A stretch of 64,000 nt of DNA. Origin: the human T2T-CHM13v2.0 reference genome, Homo sapiens. Location: assembly GCF_009914755.1 (NCBI RefSeq), contig NC_060947.1. One strand, given 5' to 3'. This document shows, one piece after another, positions 57,219 through 64,000 of this stretch. A program made the translations under genes and the position numbers. Under the pieces are notes generated by a model. That model was not told the DNA's origin, ran no database searches, and was given only the letters and a program-made list of their open reading frames with translations. Numbering within the stretch: the stretch's first letter is position 1; every line of letters begins with the position of its first letter.

Positions 57219-59091
57219 ACAATGAGAACACATGGACACAGGAAGGGGAACATCACACACCGGGGCCTGTTGTGGGGTGGGGGGAGTGGGGAGGGATAGC
57301 ATTAGGAGATATACCAAATGTTAAATGACGAGTTAATGGGTGCAGCACACCAACATGGCACATGTATACATATGTAACAAACCTGCACGTTGTGCACATG
57401 TACCCTAAAACTTAAAGTATAATTTAAAAAAAAAGAAAGTTCCTTCCAATCCCACTCTCACCAAAATGTTTATTTCTCCTCTTGATCCCCAGTTACAACA
57501 ACTGAGCGGTAACAACCTTCCCCCCTACGCCCTCCCCAGAAGTTAATCACCCTCTATCCCTTGCCTCATAGAGGAACAGTGGCAGAAGCTTTGGCATGCT
57601 TGGAAAGGTTCCTGACTCCTGATCAAAGGGATTAGACTAAGAAAGAGGACAAGCTAATGATTAAAGTGAGAGATAGGGATAATGTTTCGTTGCTTCTATT
57701 CCTAGCAGTACTGTACTAGCATGTGATTGGTTCAAATTAACACCTGACCTTCTATCTGTGAAACTAAGGAAACCAATATGTTTGGGCTTACAAATTACTT
57801 GGGAAAAAATGTTTCTGTTGATACCATAAGGGTGACTGACCAAAGAAGTCTGGGAATTTTTATAAATAAAATCACCATGAATCTGCTTGTAAACACCATG
57901 CCATTCCACAGTATCATTCCTTTTTTTAGCTAGTTATTTTTTAAGAACAGATTGTTTGTGTCACTGAACAGATGCAGGCTATGCTAGTAATGGAAGGAGT
58001 GGAAGTCAGTTATAAGAGAAGTGTAAAGTACAGGTCTTGTCTTCAAGGTTCTTATAATCCTTTTGGAGAGAAAAAGTATTCATGTAGGAGGAAGAGTGGT
58101 AGCAATCCAGTGAAATATCTGACTAGTTTGGAGTGCGTAATAATCCTTTATATGCTAGAGGGGAGACTAACCTTTGAAGAAGAGAAAAAAGGCTTGTGTA
58201 ACTAATTAATTATGAAAAAATGAAGACACTGTATAGGTTCCTTAGGAGTGAAGGTCAACAGATTTGCTTTCAAACACCACTTTGGCAACTGTGTTTTCTC
58301 CTAAAGAATGACTCTGCTAATGTTAACTGAGATCAGTTCTTTCCAGTCTTCAGCGGATTCCAGAAACCTTATTTCCCCGACCCTCCTTTCTATCACTAGT
58401 GTTGTTGCCTGTCTTGGAAAGTAATAGGACTCCACTCCTTGGACAGTGTTTGACATCCTTGCTGGTCCACAAGTTTTGATTGACCTTTCACCTAGCTAGG
58501 GCCCAGGAGTGAAGTTTGGCTCCATTAAGGAAAAGCGGTAAGAGATGTAACCCTATGTGGACAGTGTCTAATTCTCAGTGGGGCAGCAGAGATCAAATGA
58601 GTAAAATGCGGGATATGTTATGCTTTCCTGGTGACCAATAATTCTATGTGATTTATTTTTTAATAAATTCTCTACTGTATTCCTAGAACCTTGCATAGTA
58701 GCTGACACATCATAAGTGTTCAATAACTATTTGCTTAATTAATTAATTAAGTTGGACTACAATCCTGACAGGATGCAGATGGAAACTAGTAAATGTATGA
58801 GTAAAGGTGATGGGAAATAAACTGAGGTCTTCATTGGGAACCAGGGGACGACTACAAGAACAGAAAAGGAAGGATAGAATAGTAGGCCCTTCTAGTCATA
58901 GTGGTGAGAAAGTGGGAGTGGGAGAAATGAAACTAAACATTTAATGTTGAGCATCTTCTAAGTGTCTAGTGCTTTGACAGGTATGAACTCATTTAATCTT
59001 TATGACTCCAGAGGTAGGTACTATTATGATACATATTTTTCAGATGAAAAGATAGAGACTCAAAGAGGTTAGGTAACTTTCTCATAATCAT

Positions 59092-59539
59092 TATTGTGAG
59101 ACGATTTCCCATGGGTCTCACGTTTCTGTACTTCTTGTGAGTACAGACAGTGACTGACATTGTTCCAGACTACCTTTTCAAGGATATGTGTATAGTGAAC
59201 AGCTTTGGAAGATAGCGTATCTCCTTCTGGAGCAGAAGACAGGAACACTTACTGCCCATCGTAAAAGATTCAGATTTATTAAATTCAGTATTGCTTTTCA
59301 GTAATGCAATCTACAGCATGTGCAGGTGTCACCTGGCCCTCTTCAAGTAGCTCTTATGAGACGAAGGAGAAAGAGATAGTGACACAAGAAAATACTTGTA
59401 CTCTGGCTAATACTATTGCTGTAAGAAACAAAGTCCCTTATCTCTGACCCAGGAGTCTCATGTCTTCTGTCAGCATCCATGGAAATGTGGTAGGTTAGCT
59501 TGCAAGATAAAAATCTCAGAACCTTCACAAGGCTTGACA
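59092..59539 (+). mobile_element. LTR47-like solo LTR inserted in a MIR
   Basis: gagacgatttcccatgggtctc...ttttcaaggat..tgtatagtgaacagc..tggaagatag matches recalled LTR47; MIR halves on both sides. Confidence 0.7.
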
Positions 59540-62011
59540 GTTAACACAGGTGAAATGTATCAGAACTGGAAATTGCACCCATCTCTATTTGACTCCAGAA
59601 CCTACACTCTTTTCTCAGAATGGTGTTGCTTCCTGCACTGTGCTCAGGGGTAGTTGCTACGTTACATGATATCATTCCTTCCTGTGTTTCCCCCATACCT
59701 ATGTGTCACTGGAGCTGCTCTTACTTTTCAAGTTGGATGATTTAGGTATCCCACTAAGCAGAAAAGAGAAGAGGTTTAAAATATCTGATTTACTTTCTTC
59801 TGTTACATAAATTAATAGAAGTCCTTAATATCATCCCACTTTGTTAGTCATTCTATTTTCCCAGGGCTATGGTTCTTGCAATGGTCAGGACCTTGTGAGA
59901 CAGATTTCTATTGATGGACAGGAATTCCCAGAGGATACAACTGGAACACCTTATACACTTCATAAATAGCCAGCTAGTTTTAGCTCTTTGGGGGATACTT
60001 GCCAAACTCTTCATCAAAAGTTAACACTAGTCCTCCTATATCCTTGTTGGGTCATCTGGGTGGTAGTTCATGCAGTGTAGAATGGTGGGATCCCAAGATC
60101 GCATTTTCCAAATATTTCTAACCTGAAACTTAATTGTATAAGGAGTTTCAGTAGAGATTTCTAATCTTGGGAGTCCTAAGTATCCCTTTTCCTCATATAG
60201 ATCTTTTGTTCTCATTGTCTACAAATTATTTTTCTCTTCAACAATGTTGTGATATTAGATAATCAATCGCTCTTTTCACTAAAGCTAGAGAAACAGCTGT
60301 CAGCATGGAGTTGGGGAGAGGAGAAACAGGAGGCCATAGAGGAGTAAGGCCATTCCCATTTATCATGTCCCCAGAGGACTGCTCTACCAGAAGGCCTGAT
60401 GATTTGTCCAGCACTTTCACCAGGGATCTTCCTCACTACAGTCCTATGAGAAAACTGAAGTATCAAGAAATTAAGTGACTAAGTAGTCCAACATCACACT
60501 GTGTATTTATAGCAGCTCTGGGGCTAGAATTTGTTTCCCTATTCTGGATACTTAATGAGTTCAGAGGATAGTGCCCTGGTTTCAAGGAGGTAGAGGAGTA
60601 GGAACATCAGGATAAGGATTCCTTTGTTTTTACAGATTCTGGTCATGCTGCCCAGAAGACAGGATATCAGGGGACAGAGAGCAGGGCAAAGTTAATGCCA
60701 CGCCATGCCACGCCATTCTTCCTTCCACAAAAGCAGGATAGTTATTTGGGTGTCTTAGGGGCTGGTGTACTGCAAAAAGATGGGGATTGGGGACCTCCTC
60801 ACAGCCTTCTACTATCCCCTCCTTGAACCCTTCCAGCAGCTGTTGCTCTTATCTAAACAGAAGATGATTGTTTAACTTCTTCACTTCTGGGCATAGATAT
60901 AATAACCTGGGCTTTTCATGGGCTGGAGCCAGAGGTGGTGGAAAGAAAATGGTTCAGAAAAGGACTACACAACTTGAATTGTCCACCAGCCTGAACCAAG
61001 CAAGGAAGACTAGAGATAGGAAAGGGAGGCATTTGGGATGCAGGCATCTATAAAGTAGGAAGGGTCTTGAGAAAGTGGGCTCAGGGTTTCTTTTCTTGAT
61101 TTGTGTGTCTGCTTGGAGAGATAATGAAACAATTGGCCTATTTCTGGACTGCCAGCTCCTCAGGTGGACAGCAACATACCCTAGAGATAGTTTTTTGTAG
61201 TGTGGGCATTAGCATTAGGAGTTTTCTAAGAACTGGGAACCTCAGAAAGGGTGCATAAATTTAATTCTTTTATCATAGATAACAGAGGTCCATTAGTATA
61301 CCTCAAGAAAAGAAAGATTACAAAGATACATATGGCCTAGAAAACCACTAGATTCCAAGCAGTTCTAATCAACAGCATCTTGCTCCCTTCTTCTTGTATA
61401 ATGTCCTTGTTGCCTGTATAAGTTTTTTCTAGTCTCCTCTTGCCACTGACTGGAAAATTCTCTCCATAGTCCATAGGAACAGGTTCACAGGGTGTTAGTC
61501 TGATTCTCTTAGCATGTTACTATCAATCCTATTGGGCAAAGAGCTCTTTGTGCCACGCTACTTTACCTATCACATTGTGGAGTTCATCCCTGGTATAGTC
61601 AACGTCACTCTCATGTCACAACTAGCTGGGTTTGCCTTCCTGAACATGGGGCAATGAGTAGAGTGTTGAACATGGCAGACATCATGACTGACGGGTCTAG
61701 TACAGAGGACTTTCCTCTGAAGGTTTAGGTAAGCCTTGTAACAACTCACCTTTGAGATAATCTGCTGAAAAAGGGAGAGAGAGACATAGGGCCAGTTTAC
61801 TGTGTTTGTGCAGTAGGCAACTGTTCATGCCGGTGTTTCCCAAATCAAAATCCTTGAACCTCTGCATCAGATCCATCTTGGTGCTTGTTAAACCTTCAAA
61901 TTTCTGGGCCCTGTTTTAGACCTGGAGAATGAGGATTTTGGAGCTGGGCTCAGGAAACCTGCACAGTTACCAAGCTCCTCACATAACTCTATGCACAATA
62001 AGGTTGAGAAC

Positions 62012-62017
<6 letters not shown>

Positions 62018-62098
<81 letters not shown>

Positions 62099-62160
62099 AT
62101 ATATATGTATGTATGTATATATATATATGTATGTATGTATATATGTATATATATATATAT
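62018..62160. repeat. (CT)n(AT)n(GTAT) compound microsatellite forming an Alu tail
   Basis: Read directly; abuts the Alu poly-T. Confidence 0.92.
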
Positions 62161-62447
62161 TTTTTTTTTTGACGGAGTCTCGCTCTGTCGCCCATGCTCA
62201 AGTACAGTGGTGCGATCTCGGTTCACTGCAAGCTCTGCCTCCCAGGTTCATGCCATTCTCTTGCCTCAGCCTCCCGAGTAGCTGGGACTACAGGCGCCCG
62301 TGACCACACCTGGCTAATTTTTTGTATTTTTGTAGAGACAGGGTTTCACCGTGCTAGCCAGTGTGGTCTCGATTTCCTGACCTCATGATCTGCCCGCCTT
62401 GGCCTCCCAAAGTGCTGGGATTACAGGAGTGAGCCACTGCGCCCGGC
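62161..62447 (-). mobile_element. AluY/Sc
   Basis: Reverse-complement Alu dimer. Confidence 0.9.
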
Positions 62448-62739
62448 CCCTCTGCTCTATATTCTTCAAGCTTCACTTAAGTTATTGCTTCTTTCTGAAA
62501 AGTCCTTTCTCTCCCACCTCTGCTTGGTGAAATCCTGCCCCATCCCTGGAGGCCAAACTCAAATGTGAGTGCCTTCCTGAAGCTTTCCATTATTTCTTGT
62601 GTCCTTAACTCCAAATGGCTTCTGTTGCTACAGGATGGGGGACATTGGAGGTATAAGAACTAAGGTGCAGAGACCTGTTGGGGATATGAAAAGGCACATC
62701 TGGAATGGGGCTGGAGGGAAGGATTTACATTTTGCTCTC

Positions 62740-63590
62740 AAATTTTTATTTGGAAAAATGTTAAAAATTGAAAGTAAAATGTGATGAAAGCCAGCATACC
62801 CTTCACCTAGAAATTGTTAATACTTTACATTTGCGCAATGCTCTCTCTCACAAACATATATATAATACACATATGTATGTATCCAGCTACAGCATTTGAA
62901 ATTAAATTGCTACTATGCTACTTCACAACTAAATACTTCAGCATGTATATCTTAAGAATAAGAGCATTCTTTCATTGTCTTGCATAATCATAATGCCATT
63001 ATCACATCCAAGAAATTTAACATTTTAATAATAGTATCCAATATCAAGCACATATTAAAATTTCTCAAGCTTTAATTGCTTCCAAAACATCCTAGCAGTT
63101 TGTGTTGACAGGATTCAATTAAAAATAATGCATTTCATTTGATTGTTTTTTTTTTTTCTTTTTAGTTTCCTTTAATCTAGATTCTGGAACAGTACCTTTG
63201 GCTTTTCTTCTCAATGATACTGTTATACTGTTATTTTTGAAGAGTCCAGGTCAGTTGTCTTGTATACAACCTGGCTTTGTCTGATTGTTTCCTCATGGTT
63301 ACATTCAGATTAAACATTTTTGGCAAGAATACTACCGAAGCAACGTTGTTGACATCCCATTGCATCATATCAGCAGGGCTATATGTCATTGCCTACTGCC
63401 CTGCTATTAGTGATGCTAAATTTGATCACTAAGCTAAAGTGATGTCTGCTAGAATTCTTCATTGTAAAGGTGCGCTTTTTCTTTGAAATTAATAAATAAT
63501 CTGTGGAGTAATACTTTGACACTGCATGAATATCTTGCTCCCCCAGAAATTTTCACCAATGGTTTTAGAATCCATCGATTTAATTGCTGT
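62740..63590 (-). mobile_element. L1MC-type 3' region
   Basis: cctaaatacttcagcatgtat..., attcagattaaacatttttggcaagaatact motifs of old L1 3'UTRs. Confidence 0.6.
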
Positions 63591-63844
63591 CTTGACAAAG
63601 AAGAACCCTGAGAAGTCATGTGTTCTGGGAGACACTTTACTAACAACATCCACGTAAGACACATGATAATAATACTGACAATAATAACAATTACCTTTAT
63701 TGAGTGAACTAGGCCAAGTACTTTATATAAATTAAATCATTTGATTCTTACACCAATCTAGTGATTTTATGGATGGGAAAATTGAGGGTCAGAGAGTTGA
63801 AATAACTTCCCCAAGGTCACACAGCTATGAAGAGTGGGAACTGG

Positions 63845-64000
63845 GGCTGGGCGCAGTGGCTCACGCCTGTAATCCCAGCACTTTGGGAGGCCTGAGGCGG
63901 GCGGATCACGAGGTCAGGAGATGGAGACCATACTGGCTAACACGGTGAAACCCCGTCTCTACTAAAAACACAAAAAATTAGCTGGGCGTAGTGGCGGGCG
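63845..64000 (+). mobile_element. AluY, cut by window end, following a MIR (~63690-63844)
   Basis: Alu left monomer and start of right monomer. Confidence 0.9.

Noticed and set aside
57440-61800. Apparently unique sequence right of the L1, checked for exons of a neighbouring gene
   Set aside because: No ORF with convincing splice sites or a recognisable protein; only MIR/LTR remnants identified.

Overview
Human-like (AluYa5-containing) genomic DNA; no prokaryotic content. The only protein-coding gene I can support is TMEM255A (FAM70A) on the minus strand. Coding exons 1-3 (18342-18285, 11523-11381, 1112-1050) splice in frame through canonical GT-AG sites to give MHQSLTQQRSSDMSLPDSMGAFNRRKRNSIYVTVTLLIVSVLILTVGLAATTRTQNVTVGGYYPGVILGFGSFLGIIGSNLIENKRQM; the gene continues left of the window. 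Its promoter lies in a CpG island at about 16.1-18.7 kb. The remaining ~45 kb upstream is repeat-dense: Tigger3b, old L1M copies with nested Alus, MER30, THE1, MLT2 and MLT1/MST, a degenerate two-LTR ERV-L provirus, a full-length but ORF-disrupted L1PA4-like element, and LTR47. I found no wholly new gene system. The best leads are: (1) an intronic PATRR-like AT-rich element bounded by a perfect 13-bp inverted repeat; (2) an ~840-bp inversion that splits an MLT2 LTR and carries copies of nearby sequence; (3) several short locally templated insertions; (4) an uninterrupted 201-codon L1 ORF0 pointing at TMEM255A, with a splice donor in frame with exon 2; (5) an AluYa5 with no target-site duplication beside exon 3. 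Repeat family names come from recalled consensus sequences, not a database search, and boundaries of old repeats are approximate.
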